Shown in pieces: positions 12,261-25,231 of a stretch of DNA of 64,000 nucleotides. The stretch comes from the human T2T-CHM13v2.0 reference genome, Homo sapiens, in assembly GCF_009914755.1 (NCBI RefSeq), contig NC_060926.1, one strand, 5' to 3'. Below the pieces are notes generated by a model, which was given only the letters and a program-made list of their open reading frames with translations, did no database searches and had not been told where the DNA came from. Both the position numbers and the translations under genes were made by a program. Within the stretch, counting starts at the first letter, position 1. The number at the start of each line of letters is the position of its first letter.

Positions 12261-13719
12261 TTCTCTAATATCGGCAATACATAATGATTTGCTTTTGCTG
12301 TGTCTTGTACTTTAGAAACATCATTAATTTTATGTTTTGAAATACCTAGTATATTTTTACTGAATGCTAGACATTGTGTATTTTTTAAAAAATGATACAG
12401 GCTCCAGGTGATATAAACTCTCCACCACAAAAGAGTCACCACATTTTTATACCAGACACAAAAAATCAGGGTTGATCATCCTAACCCAGTTAGAGAGTAG
12501 GCTAGGTTTCAATTTCTGTAAGGATCTGTTTAGCTCCACTTTGTACTTGCATTTTTAATGTACTATACGATATCTAAGGCAAGACTCTTAACGCAAAGTT
12601 CTCCAGGACTTTCCATTGAGAACCTTTGTGTATCTGCCAAGGCCCTGACCATGGGTGGATGTTGAAGCCTAATCCTTGCCTTATCAGCACTTAGAGAGCT
12701 TTCATAATCTTCCAGCTTAGTTTCTTAGTTTCCTACCCCAAGACGCTTCACAATTCAGTGACGAGCTTCATGGGAAAACTGGCTGCATGTCTTTCTCACC
12801 TCTCAATCACTTTCTTCTCATCACAATCTTTCACTTTCAGTCTTTAGTTTTTCTCTCCAGCTCCACATGACCACTTTATCCTCTTAATCCTATGTCCCTG
12901 AGCCCCACAGGACCACCAAGACTGCTCCTGATCTTGTATCCTGAGCAGCTGTGATCCACTGCTGGCCGGAACTTGGATTCCCAGCTCTTGCCTTGTGTCC
13001 AGAATCAGCAAAGAAATTCCCTCAGAAGGAAAGTGGCTTTAGGATGTCAGTTTACTGCTTTGGGTTTATCCCTCTGAAATTTCTCTTCCTCTCCCTTGTC
13101 TTTTTTCTTCAGTAGTTCTCTGATGCCTCTAAGTAGTTTTATTTTTTTAAAATAAACTTGTACTTCTTTAGTGTTTTCCCATGGGAGTGTTGGCCTCCAA
13201 GCTACTATGTTCTGTTCAAAAGCAAAAGTTTGATACAGCCTCTTCCCCTTGGCTTGGTAATTAATCTTAGCATTCGCTCGTCTGTTCTCCCTGTTGTCTC
13301 CATTTGTATTTGTCATTGTTGTTTTACTTGTTAGACGTCCACTCTATTATCTTCCACTGAGATTGAAATATGTGTGTATGTTATTTCTTATTCTTGGTTG
13401 TTTAAAGTTTAAATATCATCCACTTCTAAATTTGTGGATGCAGAAAATTCACTTCTCATAGATGCAATATATCCCTTTTTTCCTCTGAGAAGATGATGGG
13501 GGCATCTTTTGCCTCCAGGTTCTATGGACTCAGAGTGACACTTCCATCTCTCATTGATGACTGTTCTGTGTTTCAGGCAGAAGGGCAGTTTCCAGGGGGG
13601 TAAACATACAACGATGACTTGAATAAACATCTCTTTATTTTATTTTAAATCAACCCAGTCTCATCAGCTTTTTCTTTTCTTTTTCTTCTTGGTTATGAGG
13701 GGAAGGCTGGAAAGAAAAC

Positions 13720-14028
13720 TTTTTTTTTTTTTTTTTTTTTTTTTGAGATGGAGTCTCGCTCTGTCGTCTAGGCTAGAGTGCAGTGGCACAATCTAGGCTC
13801 ACTGCAAGCTCCGACTCCCGGGTTCACGCCATTCTCCTGCCTCAGCTTCTGAGTAGCTGGGACTACAAGCGCCCGCCACCTCGCCCGGCTAATTTTTTTT
13901 TTGTATTTTTAGTAGAGACGGGGTTTCACCGTATTAGCCAGGATGGTCTCGATCTCCTGACCTCCTGATCCGCCCACCTCAGCCTCCCAAAGTGCTGGGA
14001 TTACAGGCATGAGCCACCGCGCCCGGCC
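13720..14028 (-). mobile_element. AluY
   Basis: Full dimer with Y-type features (gcaagctcc…gggttcacgccattctcc; ttagccaggatggtctcgatctcctgacctc), T25 tail, and agaaaactttt duplicated at both ends. Confidence 0.93.
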
Positions 14029-14279
14029 TAGAAAACTTTTTGTCATTACGACAAGAGCCTCAGTAACCAAGTACACAGACCTCCATTAGAGATTTGGGAA
14101 AGAAGAGAAGAAAACACATGGATGTCTATTTATTAGTTTTTTCTGACATATCACATGTTTATCTCCAGGATTTCCTTGTATAAAATCATCACAGGGCCTT
14201 AGGGGTCTTTGCATACCACATACCCAGGAAACCTGACTTGCATATTAGTAGGAGTTCAAAGAGAGCGTGGTCAGTTGAA

Positions 14280-15075
14280 TTGCTGCTAGAATCGTGGGGC
14301 GACAAGTAGCCAGTGGAGAAGCTGCCAAGAGGGTCATCGGAACCTTCTGCCAGCAGCTGAAGCACAGGCAGCATGGCAGCTAACGTTGAATGAGAAGCAA
14401 GTAGGCTTTAAGAAATCAAGTTCTCCATGTAGGTGGGGAATTTTGTTATTTCACTGAACCATCTTAACTTTTCCATATAAATAAGAAATTTAAAAGTTAA
14501 TGAAAATGACTGTCGGGCAGGAGTGGTAACGACTCCTGTCAGGTTCGTGCGGCTCATCCTTCCTCGCTAATGAGCTAGGGCGAGCTGATTTTCCCCTCTT
14601 CCTTTGGCTCTCTCTTTAATCAGTGTGATGTATTCTTGGACTGCCTTTGTGGTTTTTGTGTGGACAAGATGTTTTCAAGCCGATTTTGAATATAAAAAGG
14701 GGGTAGGACAAGGACAGGAGCATGTCACTGCTTAATTTTGCATTAGCATTTCAGGTTATTCCAGCTCCTTAATTTTATGACTTTGTTTACTAACTATTAG
14801 AAAGAAAAGCGATCAGAATCAAATTGCCTCGCCTGCACCTGCATGGGCCCGGAAGTGATTTATGGCATCACTGCTACCAGGCTGTTCCCTGGGATGTGCC
14901 CCGAACTTTGGCAGCCTCCACCTGGCTGGGCTTCATTTTGCAGCCCTCCTGCACATCGGCCCGGCGCTGCGAGGAGGAATCGGCCACACACAGACCTGCT
15001 TCAGCCCATGGCTGAGTTGGAGTCTGTCTTCCTTGGTGATGACCATTCAAAAGCTACTGTAAGCTTTTCAACGTT
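14280..15075. promoter_or_regulatory. CpG-enriched unique patch, candidate promoter/enhancer
   Basis: About 20 CpGs in ~0.8 kb against a CpG-poor background; TGTGGTT (14648), TATAAAAAGG (14691), CCGGAAGTG (14849). Motif evidence only. Confidence 0.3.
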
Positions 15076-15818
15076 GTAAACCCCCATCTATTTCAGATCC
15101 TGTGCTTACTTCCAATTAATCTGAATGGGAGTTGCATAGTTCCAGTGAAATTTTATTCTTATTTTGTGTTTTCTTGGCTTTATTTCCCCTATAAATTCAG
15201 AGCAGAGGTTGAGACATGGCAATTTTTCATCATGATTGCATCTCTCTTGGTCTTCCAAAAACATGGAAGGGTGTGAATAGCTCGAATAATTATCATTTCC
15301 TTCTTCTTTAAAATGGCTATCATGTATTATTTACCTTCCTAAAGACATGGTGAAAGTAAATTTCTTACATGCATTTTTCAACATGCAACATGTATTTACT
15401 GAGTGTCTACTCTAGGCCAAGCACTGTTCTAAGAGTAGAAAATACAGTGGTGTATTAGGTAGAATATATTCCTACTCCCATGAAGCATTCATTTAATGAA
15501 GTCAGTCAATACAGAATCTTTCATAAAATAAGTATTTTCTGATACTAGAATATTATCAAAAAGAAAATAAAACACTGTAAGAGTAAGGGCTAATGTTTTA
15601 GAAAGAAGTGAAACCTTTTACCTGAAGCCTTAGGAATTGAAGAATTTTGGAAAGGGCATCACCCAGAGATTATAGCAAGTGCATAGTGAGTCAGGAGACA
15701 GGGTGTTTAAAGTTGATAAGCAAGACGACCGTGGCTCACGTATGGTGAAAAAGAAAAGGGAGGGAGTGCATGGGACTCAGGGTGGAGATGTAAGCAAAGG
15801 TCACACTGTATAGTTTCT

Positions 15819-16171
15819 TATATTAGTCCATTCTCATGCTGTTAATAAAGACATACCCGAGGTTGGGTAATTTATAAAGGAAAGAGGTTTAATGGACTCA
15901 CAGTTCCACATGGCTGGGGAGGCCTCACAGTCATGATGGAAGGCAAATAAGGAACAAAATCATGTCTTACATGGCGACAGGAAAGAGAGCTTGTGCAGAG
16001 GAACATTTATAAAACCATCAGATCTGCTGAGACTTATTCACTACCATGAGAACAGTATGAAGGAAACCATCCCCATGATTCAATTATTTCCACGTGCCCC
16101 TCCCGCTTGACATGTGGGGATTATTACAATTCAAGGTGAGATTTGGGTAGGGTCACAGTCAAACCGTATCA
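15819..16171 (-). mobile_element. THE1 (B/C-like) MaLR solo LTR
   Basis: tattagtccattctcatgctg.taataaagacatacccga…gagatttgggtagggtcacagtcaaaccgtatca; ~350 bp. Confidence 0.92.
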
Positions 16172-16280
16172 GTCCTTATGGTACATTGTAGGAAAAATAG
16201 AAACACATGTATATATATATATGAATTATTTTTAGCAGGAAAGTGCTTTGATCAATTCCCTCTTATAAAGATCATTTGCT

Positions 16281-16943
16281 GTTGGCAAGGATGTGAAGAA
16301 ACTGGAACAAGGATTTATGCACTATTGGTAGGAATGTAAAATGATGCAGCTACTATGGAAAACAAAAAGCAGTTTCTCAAAAAAATTAAAATAGAATTAC
16401 CACATGATCCAGCAATCCGCTTCTGGATGTATACACAAAAGAATAAAAAACAATGTCTCAAAGAGATATTTGTACATGTTCATAGCAGCATGACTCACTA
16501 TAGTCAAAAGGGGGAAGCAGCTAAGTGTCCACTGATGAATTAATGATAAGCAAAATGTTGTATATGCATACAATGAAATATTTAGCCTTACAAGAGAGGA
16601 AAATTCTGACATGTGCTGAGCAGGAATGAGGACATTGTGCTAAGTAAAAAACAAAAGAAAACCATCACACAAAGACAAACTGTGTTTCCACTTACATGCT
16701 GTACCTGGAAGAGTCAATTTCATAGAAAGAGAGGTAGACAAGTGCTGGCGGAAGAGAAAAAGGAGAGTTATTTAAAGGTTGCATAGTGTCAGTTCAGGAT
16801 GGTGAAGAAGTAGAGATGGATGGTGGTGATGTTGCACAACAATGTGAATGTACTTAATGCCACTGAACTGCACACTTAAAAGGCTAAGATAGTGAATTTT
16901 ATGTTAGGTATATTTTACCAAAATTTAGAACTTTTAAAAAGGA
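16281..16943 (+). mobile_element. L1MB-type 3' end
   Basis: ORF2 end plus 3' UTR (gtggtgatgttgcacaacaatgtgaatgtacttaatgccactgaactg). Probable TSD aaagatcatttgct / aaatatcatctact. Confidence 0.85.
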
Positions 16944-17209
16944 AAATATCATCTACTGGTCTTTAGAGTACAGACTTCAGAAGCCCAACATAAAATCATG
17001 CAGACCTGTAGGAAGCTGTTGCCTATGTCCAGCCCCAGACATGATAGTAGCTTGCACTATTAGTCACTTGTAGCCTTTACTAGGATGGTTTCTGTGTAGG
17101 TGGAAAATGCAGAGAGTTTATACACAGCCCATTCCAGGAATTTCATTGTAAATGTAAGTAGAGAATTGCAAAGGCATCTTAGCTAGAGAAGGTGTTGGGT
17201 AATGCAAGG

Positions 17210-17234
17210 GGTGTGTGTGTGTGTGTGTGTGTGC
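17210..17234. repeat. (GT)n microsatellite
   Basis: About 12 GT units, directly visible. Confidence 0.95.
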
Positions 17235-17724
17235 ACCCTTAGCACTAAGAATGTTGATGGGAATATCCATTAGAAAGGGAAATAGTGATGAAGAAGAGAA
17301 GGAAATAGTAATTGAATAAGAGAGGGAGAGGAATAAAAAAGCAAAGCTTTGAGGTACCTTTGAATCAGATCTAGTGAAAATTTAGAAGTGTTGTCTTCAG
17401 ATAGGGGTAAGAAAAGGTCATTCATGGTAAAAAGTGGGGCAGTAAAAGCATGGGGGGCAGTGCCTGTATACTGGTACTCTAAATGTCAGAAAAATGATAC
17501 TATTCTCATTTAATTATTTCAGCTTCATCAGTGAAATGAGAAGTGAGGTTATTACTTGGGTGTGAAGAGGGTACAAATAATTGCTGAAGGTTACAGTAGA
17601 GAGTAGAAGTTTGAAATTGTTGTCTTGCTGAGTGACAAAGCTAATTACTTAAGGGCAATGCAGTAGCATAGCCTAGTAGGACTTACAGTCCCTTGGGATT
17701 TGTGACAAATGTACGTATGTCATT

Positions 17725-18035
17725 TATTCCTCAAAGCATTCCTACAAGATAGGTATCATTTTACTAGAGTTATAGGTCTAAACCTGGGGCTGAGAAGGCA
17801 GAGTAAGCAGGGGGCCATGTTCCTTTTGTTTGTACAAGGCCACACCTCTAGGTGCAGGATCTACTTAGGATCTGCCAATTGCTCAGCACCTGACATTTCT
17901 GTTAACCTTACTAGGGCAATATCTTAGCTTCCACTAACAGAGAGGATCAAAGTAAAGTTTAGGCAACTTCCCAAAGTCACAAGAGGCAGAAGTAAGTTTC
18001 AAATAATTCTGGCTCCAAACTCTTGTCTTCCACCT
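17725..18035 (-). mobile_element. MIR fragments
   Basis: aaacctggggctgagaagg…; aggcaacttcccaaagtcacaagaggcagaagtaagtttcaaat…ctggctccaaa. Confidence 0.5.
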
Positions 18036-18960
18036 ACCCACACACTCCACACAGAGCAATGTCCTCAGGCAGGGGTGGAGATAAGCTGAGGGAGATAAGC
18101 TGAGGGAGAATAACCAATTCTCTTCATTCTCCCAGGCCACAAAAAATTTATAGTTGCATTCTATGTGTATTTAAAATGATCTAAAATATCAATTTTGGAA
18201 AGTTCACAGATTCAGATCCCAGGTACACTTAGGTTTTTACCTCTTTGTTGAGAAATAAAATAATCTGAGGCCTAACATTAAACAAAGTCAAAACTACTGC
18301 TGAGTTTCCAAACTTCTAGTTCCACGTGATCTGTTGTTGAAGTTGCTAGCAGAAGGCATTTTATCTAAATACATTGAGTTATTTGGAAATGTCCATCTTA
18401 ATATGCTCAAATATGATGTTTTCCCAGACAAAGGTCAAAGTGCCCAAGTACAGTTAAGGGTCAGAAAAATTTGGAGTAACTGGATTTGTTGCTTTTCAGT
18501 CTGAAGTTTAGGGAATAACCTCGAATAAGCTTTGTTATTCAGTATGGTCTCTCTCACTATTTTATCTTTTTATGAGCACCTTCAAATCAATATACCTTGT
18601 CACTTGCTGACATATGAAAATGGTTAAAGATTTTATCTCAAAATAAAATATTTCATAATTCTTCCCTGGTATAGCTTTTTCTATCATTGAATCTAAAATT
18701 AAATTGATTTATCATTTGTAAACATAACACCAAATGCAGAGTGATAGAACTGATTACATTTTTTAAAATTCATCTATATGTCAAAAATACTATAAACAAA
18801 GTTAAATAGCAAGCTGTGAAGAAAATTGCAAAGTGCAGATCAAAAAATCCAAAATGTATGATAGAAAACAGAAATACAATAATATAAATATAGACAAAGC
18901 ATATAAAATATAATTCACAATGAGAAACACAAATGCTCAACAGATATAAAAAAGTTCTTC

Positions 18961-20140
18961 AAATAGACAAATGGGATTACATCAAGCTAAAATGCTTCTG
19001 CACAGCAAATAAAATAACGTACAAATAGAAGAGACAATGTATGGAATGGGAGAAAATAATTAAAAACTATCCATATGACAAGGGATTAATTGCCAGAATA
19101 TATAAGGAACTCAAACAACTCAATAGCACACACACACAAAAATGATTTGAATGTGGGTGAGAGACCTGAATAGATATTTTCTAAAAAAACACATACTAAT
19201 GACCAACAGGCATATGAAAAAAGGCTCAACACCTCTAATCATCAGGGAAATGCAAATAAAAACCACAACAAGATATTATCTCACACATGTTAAAATGGTT
19301 ATTATAAGAAGGACAAAAAATAATGGATGTTGGCAAGAATATGGAGAAAGGGGAATGCTCATACACTGTTGATGGAAATGAAAAGTGCAGCCACTATGGT
19401 GAGCAGTGTGGAAGTTCCTCAAAAACACTAAAAATAGAGCTACCATATAATACAGCCATCCCACTCCTGGGTATATATCCAAAAAAGAAAAAAGAGGAAA
19501 TCAGTATGTCAAAAAGACAGGAACACTCTCCTATTTATTGCAACACTACGCAATAGCCAAGACATGAAACCAACCTAAGTGTCCATCAACAAATGAACAG
19601 ATAAAGAAAATGGAGTATATATATACACAATGGGATATTATTCAGCCATTAAAAACAATGAAATCCTTGCCATTTGCAACAACATGGATGGAACTCAAAG
19701 TCATCAGGTTAAATGAAATAAGCCAAGCACAGAAAGACAATCATGACATGCTCTCACTTATATGCAGGAGCTAAAAAATGGGTCTCATGGAAGTAGAGAG
19801 TAGAAAGATGGTTACAAGAGGCTGGAAAGGGTAGGGTGGAGGGGGAGATTAAGAAAAATGTGTTAAGGGATACAAAATACAGTCAGATAGAAGGAATATG
19901 TTCTAGTATCAATAGTATAGTAGGGTGACTATAGTTAACAATAATTTATTGTGTATTTCAAAACCTCCAGAATAGAAAAATTGGAATAGTCCCAACAGAA
20001 AGAAAAGATAAATGTTTGAGGTAATGAATATACCAGTCACCCTGATTTGGTCATTACGGATTTTATTCAGATAGATATTCCACTACCGCATGTATGCCCC
20101 AAATATGTACAACTAGTATATATCCATTTTTAAAAACTAA
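18961..20140 (+). mobile_element. L1MA (L1MA4/5-like) 3' 1.2 kb, nested in an older L1M remnant (~18755-20420)
   Basis: Sense ORF2 end ([25 protein letters not shown]) plus L1MA 3' UTR. Probable TSD aaaaagttcttc / aaaagattcttc. Confidence 0.88.
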
Positions 20141-21019
20141 AAGATTCTTCAAATTACATGCATAAAAATACAATGACTTATAATCATTAGCCACTGATTA
20201 GAAAATAATCATCTCAGGTTAATCATAAATTTATCATTATCATTAAACTGAAAATGCTAAGGGTTTGTGAGTGTGCAGAAACTTATTATCCACTTGGTGT
20301 GGGTAAAAGTTTTATGGAGGACAATTTCAATTTATATATAAAAATTTTAAAATGTTCACACTTTTTAGAAAGCAGTTTCACTTCCAGAAATGGTTATAGT
20401 AACCACAGCAATAATTAACTGAATGGGCAAACATATAATTACAGAGTGGCAACCTTACAAACTTGCTCACATTGCTGGGACCATTGGAAACCTCAGAATA
20501 AAACACATGGGCAAACTGAATCCTAACAAACATGTAACCATTTCTCTGTCTCCCTTGGGGACTCAATGTAGTGTTGCTTATATTGAGCATTTAGTCAACA
20601 TATATTTAATGGTTATGTAGTTTAACTGTAAAAGACCTATACAGGAGCTGATAGAAATGAAAAGACATATAGTAACCAATTCATTATAGTAACTCAATCC
20701 TCAAAACTTCTCTGCCAGTTGAGTTAGACAGAGTCCTTAAGTTTTATGAAAAGTATATGGAGATGTAAATGTTCAACTTACAAATATTTTAAGAGATATG
20801 TGTGTAGTGAATGGGATAATACTTGTAAAATTTCTAGAACAGTGCCTGGCATATAGCAGGGGTTCAGAACCTAACAGGTAATGTAATAAAATTACACCAG
20901 TGTGTGTGTTATTATCAAAGATTCATGGCATGTTTCCTTTATAAATGGTTCTTCCTTTCTTCTCTTCCCTCCATTTTTCTCTCTTCCTCCTTACTTCTTT
21001 CATCCCTCTCTTTCATTTC

Positions 21020-22000
21020 TTTCTTCTAACATTTTTGAATATCTAAGATGAGTCATGCATTTTACTAGGCACTGAAATAAGTAAAAAACCAATACCATGT
21101 TGTCGTTGTTGTTTTTCTCATAGAATTCATAGCATAATTGATACAACTAGCTTTGAAAGAAGCAATGTCATACATGACAAGCAAAATCTCTAGCATCTGA
21201 AGCTAATTCTACTTGGATAAAATTTTAAGACTTTTGTTTGTAGTGGATTTTGAAGACCAAATTGTAACATATAAGACAGAGAAGGCAGAGATGCCTTTTC
21301 TTGCCTATGACATAATTTTGCATTTGAAAGGATATATGAGTTTTGGAGACTGCAGGAACTGGAGAAATAATAGGAAGAGCTTCAGACAAAGCAGGTGAAA
21401 ATAAGTCACAGTAAGTATGGAAAAGATATTGAAAAAGATGAAAAGGAGTTTGTGCTTGATCCTATATAAACAATTTCAAGAAAAACAATGGCCTGATACA
21501 TTTTGTTTGTGAGACTAGCATGCTGACAATGATAAGGACAAATTAACTACGACCGCACCTGATTTAATATACACCTTCTTTGAAGAACATCTACCATGGG
21601 CCTAGAGTGTGCCTGTGTTACTCAGTGCCAAGGGTGTGCATGCATTTCCTAAAACAGAATGAGCAATGTGTTTATTTCTCCTGTGAGCCTTTCTTTCCTC
21701 AGGTATCTAATAGCTCAGGGAGGGTCTGCTTCCTTCATTATTTATTCAACAAACATTATATTACTCTAAGTTGAACTAGAAGAAAGAGACACAAAGAATA
21801 TAAAGGCATGGTTTCTTCTCTCCAAAGTATTACAGGCAAACAGGACAGGAAAGAGCTTAACTGTCTAGCAATGGGGCATGATCAATGCTACCGTAGACAT
21901 GTACAGTGGAAGAAAAATGGAGGGGACATTGACTATTCTTGGAAGAAACATTTTCCCAGGATAGGAAACACTCAAGGCAGGTTTCGATAGATGAAATTGG
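21020..22000 (-). mobile_element. L2 fragments
   Basis: Antisense L2 termini (aacatttttgaatatctaagatg…ctaggcactg; tcattatttattcaacaaacatt). Confidence 0.5.
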
Positions 22001-23789
22001 ACTTTACAAGGAGATGAAGGGGAGAAACGCCTTCCAATCCCATCTGTTTTCGTGATGCTCTTTTTCTTTTCTTGGTGCTTTGCTTTGACCCAATAGGAAG
22101 GGAGGGTTGCCCTCTCCTCCAGAGTCCTGTAACATACTGCCATTTTCAGTATGGCCCGGGGCTTTGAATGTGCCTGAATAGCATGTATGCAGTCTTATTG
22201 TATCATTAGACAAGCTCTTTGAAGTAAGTAAAATAATTTTAATTTTATAAACAAGGTAAACCCCAGGAAATCTAAGTCAGTAGTCATTACGACTATATCA
22301 CATATGCCTCTGTATTGACAATTACCTCCAAGTACCGCCACATGCTCCCAAGTAAGAAGAGGAGTCCCACTTATTTATGCTGCATCCCCAGTGTAGCGGT
22401 GTCGAGTGTAGCCTTGGACCCAGCAGGTGTCCTAAAATATTTAAGGAATGAACAAATAAATTAATGCGTAAGCCCTAGAAATAGCTCTTGAGACTTGGCT
22501 ACTTCCACCAGATATGAAGATCTTTTGTTTTATATGCTTTGCCTTCTGAACTAAATTATTTCCCTCTTGAGGGCAGAATATCTACCTTAATCTTTGTAAC
22601 CCCCCATAGCACCTAACACAGAGCCCTGTCCAATGTAGGAGAACTTGACAGATTTTTTTTAAAGTAAATTACCCATTTTCGATAGCTTTTGGAATAAACT
22701 TCAGTCCACCTGCTTAGTTTTGTAAAACCATATCTAATCCCATTAGGTAGGTTTTTGCCTTACTGCTATTCTGGAAGAAATTGAAATCATTGCCCCCCCT
22801 CCAACAACGCTCTTTTTTTCCCTAGGATGTTTTTTTTTAGCTCTGGGGTTTTAAAATACCTTCACACATCCTAACCTCTGTGGCTAATATGACCCATGCA
22901 GAGACCTTCTTTCCTCTACGGAAATTAATTTAAAACGTGGCTTTTGCTGGAGCAAATTCTTAGATCCCAATAGGTTTCATTCTTATAAGAAATCTTAGCA
23001 AATTGTAATTAAAGGAAAAAATTAGGGGGTAAAAAAGGGTGAAAAACTACCATCTTAAACCTTGACTGCAGTTCTAACCTACATTATTGTTTTGTTGCTG
23101 TTTTAGCCAAGTTAAATTGTTGTTGGAAGTAAATTTTGAAAACCACTTTCCATACCATTTAAAACTCCAAATTTCTGCCCCTCATTTTAACTTTGAGACA
23201 TTAGTATCTCTGGTGAGCTTGAAACATAGTTCTCTAAGAAGAGAGCTGCCATTTTCCCTGCAGCTGTTAAATTGCTGTGAGTTGGCACCAAACTTGCTGG
23301 AGTACACCTTGAGGTTCAAGTGTGTCTGTGTGGTGGTGAGTGCTCAGAGCCTCCCCACCTGCTGTGTCCGTTAATGGTCACTCTCTCCTGAATGAAAAAT
23401 GTGAGAATGCAGATTTCAAAATGACTGCCATCTCTATCTTTATTGAAATCTTCCATTATTGTGGGAAGACAGGTAAATAGAGATGCTGGTCAGAAATCAA
23501 ATTAACCAGTAAAGAACTATCGATGAGCTGGCTGCACTAACGCGGAATCTCTGTTACTCCCACTCCCATGAAGCCTGCTGTGTCCAATGGCTAGTGAACA
23601 ATTCCAAAACCGTGGTGACAACTTCTACTTCTTTTGGGGGCCTCTACCAATTTCATAACATATAAATTATGTTCAATCATTATGGTTGTTATGTATTTTT
23701 CAAATCTATCCTTCTCTCATCTGTGCTATGCCAATACTTTCATTCAGGCTCTCCACACATTTCCCTGAAAATTGTTAAAAGCGTCTGAT

Positions 23790-23898
23790 GCTGGGTTCAT
23801 ACCCATAATCTCGACACTTTGGGAGGTCAAGGTGGGAGGATTTCTTGAGGCCAGAAGTTTAAGATCAGCCTAGGCAACATAGTAAAACCCCATTTCTA

Positions 23899-23933
<35 letters not shown>

Positions 23934-24113
23934 AGTGTGCACGTTGGTGGGCATCTGTAGTCCCAGCAATGCAGGAGGCTGAGGTGGGCAGACTGCTTGA
24001 GCCCAGGTGGCTGAGGCTGTAGTGAACCATAATTGTACCACTGTACTTCAGCCTGCATGGCACAAGGCGACCCTGTCTTAAAAATAAATGGATAAATAAA
24101 CAAAGAAGAAAAA
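23790..24113 (+). mobile_element. AluJ with expanded central A32 tract
   Basis: J-type features (ggaggatttcttgaggccagaagttt; cttgagcccagg…gaggctgtagtga); A32 at 23900-23931. Confidence 0.9.
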
Positions 24114-24278
24114 TCCTCTTAGCTGGTCTTCTTGGGGCATATACAACAGAGAGGAGCAGAGAAAGTCATCGTATGTAGAGCTTAATGCCATGTGATTCTC
24201 CTCAACTGACAGGAGACGTTATTACTTCTAACATCACCATAAGATTCAATATTGTTTCCAATGTTTTACTCACCATCT

Positions 24279-24777
24279 CTGTGGAATCATCATATCTGCC
24301 CACTGCTTTGTGGTTTGCAGTGACCTCCCCACCACACTTTCCCCATGGGAAGAAGATTCTTCCCTGTCCCGTTCGCATGGGCTCAACCACAGGGCATGCT
24401 TCAACTAGATAAATGTGCAAAAGTGTCAAGAGCCATGTAGAAGCTGTGATAGCCATCATCTCGTCTGGTCATGCCATGTTCCCTCTGCCAGGGGACGGGC
24501 ATATCCTAGATAAGAACTGCTCCTTCAGCCTGGGTCTTGGAAGGAAAAATAGCTGTCAGAGCAGCAGCTGACCTCAGCCAACGTACAACCTTTGCGAAAG
24601 GTAAACCTTTGTTGTTTCAGCCTCTGAACTTTGGGGATTATTTCTTTTTCTTGTTATATTGCCCAGGCTGAACTCAAACACCTGGGCTCAAGCGATACTC
24701 CTGCCATAGCTTCCTAAGTAACAGGGACTTGGGGTTATTTGTTACTCTTAACAGTAGAACAAAACCATGATAATACA
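24279..24777 (+). mobile_element. MLT1 (I/J-like) MaLR LTR with a nested Alu monomer
   Basis: ctgctccttcagcctgggtc…aaacctttgttgtttcagcctctgaactttgggg…tttgttact…taataca is a typical MLT1 3' end. Confidence 0.7.
24643..24727 (-). mobile_element. FLAM/Alu left-arm fragment
   Basis: ttgcccaggctg…aactc…ctgggctcaagcgatactcctgcc; flanked by actttggggattattt / acttggggttattt. Confidence 0.75.
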
Positions 24778-24881
24778 ATGAAACTTTCATTTTTAGGCTA
24801 TTTAATTCCTTGTAAATCATGATTTTGTAGCAGCTGGTATCACCTTGCATAAGCTTTCATTGGATTTATGAAATAATGTCT

Positions 24882-25231
24882 TGTCTTACTCAGCATGAAC
24901 TGCTGTGACAAACATCACAGACTAGATGGCTTCAAGAACATTTACCTCTCCTAGTTCTGGAGGCTAGAAGTCTGGAGTCAGGGTGCCAGCCTTGTTGGGT
25001 TCTGGTGAGGCTTCATCTGGTTTATAGAAGGCCACCTTCTTGCTGTGTCCTCACTTGGCAGAGAGCTCATCTCTTTTGTGTTTCTTTTTGAGGGCACTAA
25101 TCTCATTCATGAGGACTGCAACCTCAGGGTCTGATCACCACTCTCAGGCCCCACCTCCTAAGACCATCACGTTAGGGATTAAGGCTTCAACCTATGAATT
25201 TTGAGGGGATACTGACTTTCAGTCGGTAGCA
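24882..25231 (-). mobile_element. MLT1A0-like MaLR solo LTR
   Basis: tgtcttactc…agttctggaggctagaagtc…ggcttcaacctatgaattttgagggga…tagca, with a perfect 5-bp TSD tgtct (24877-24881 and 25232-25236). Confidence 0.9.

Larger units (their letters stand above)
15375..17700 (-). mobile_element. L2, fragmented by THE1 and L1MB insertions
   Basis: Antisense L2 terminus tatttactgagtgtctactctaggccaagcactgttcta; L2-like sequence resumes after each insertion. Confidence 0.6.

Noticed and set aside
14824-15079. Three overlapping short ORFs in the CpG patch
   Set aside because: Expected in GC-richer sequence; no recognisable homology.
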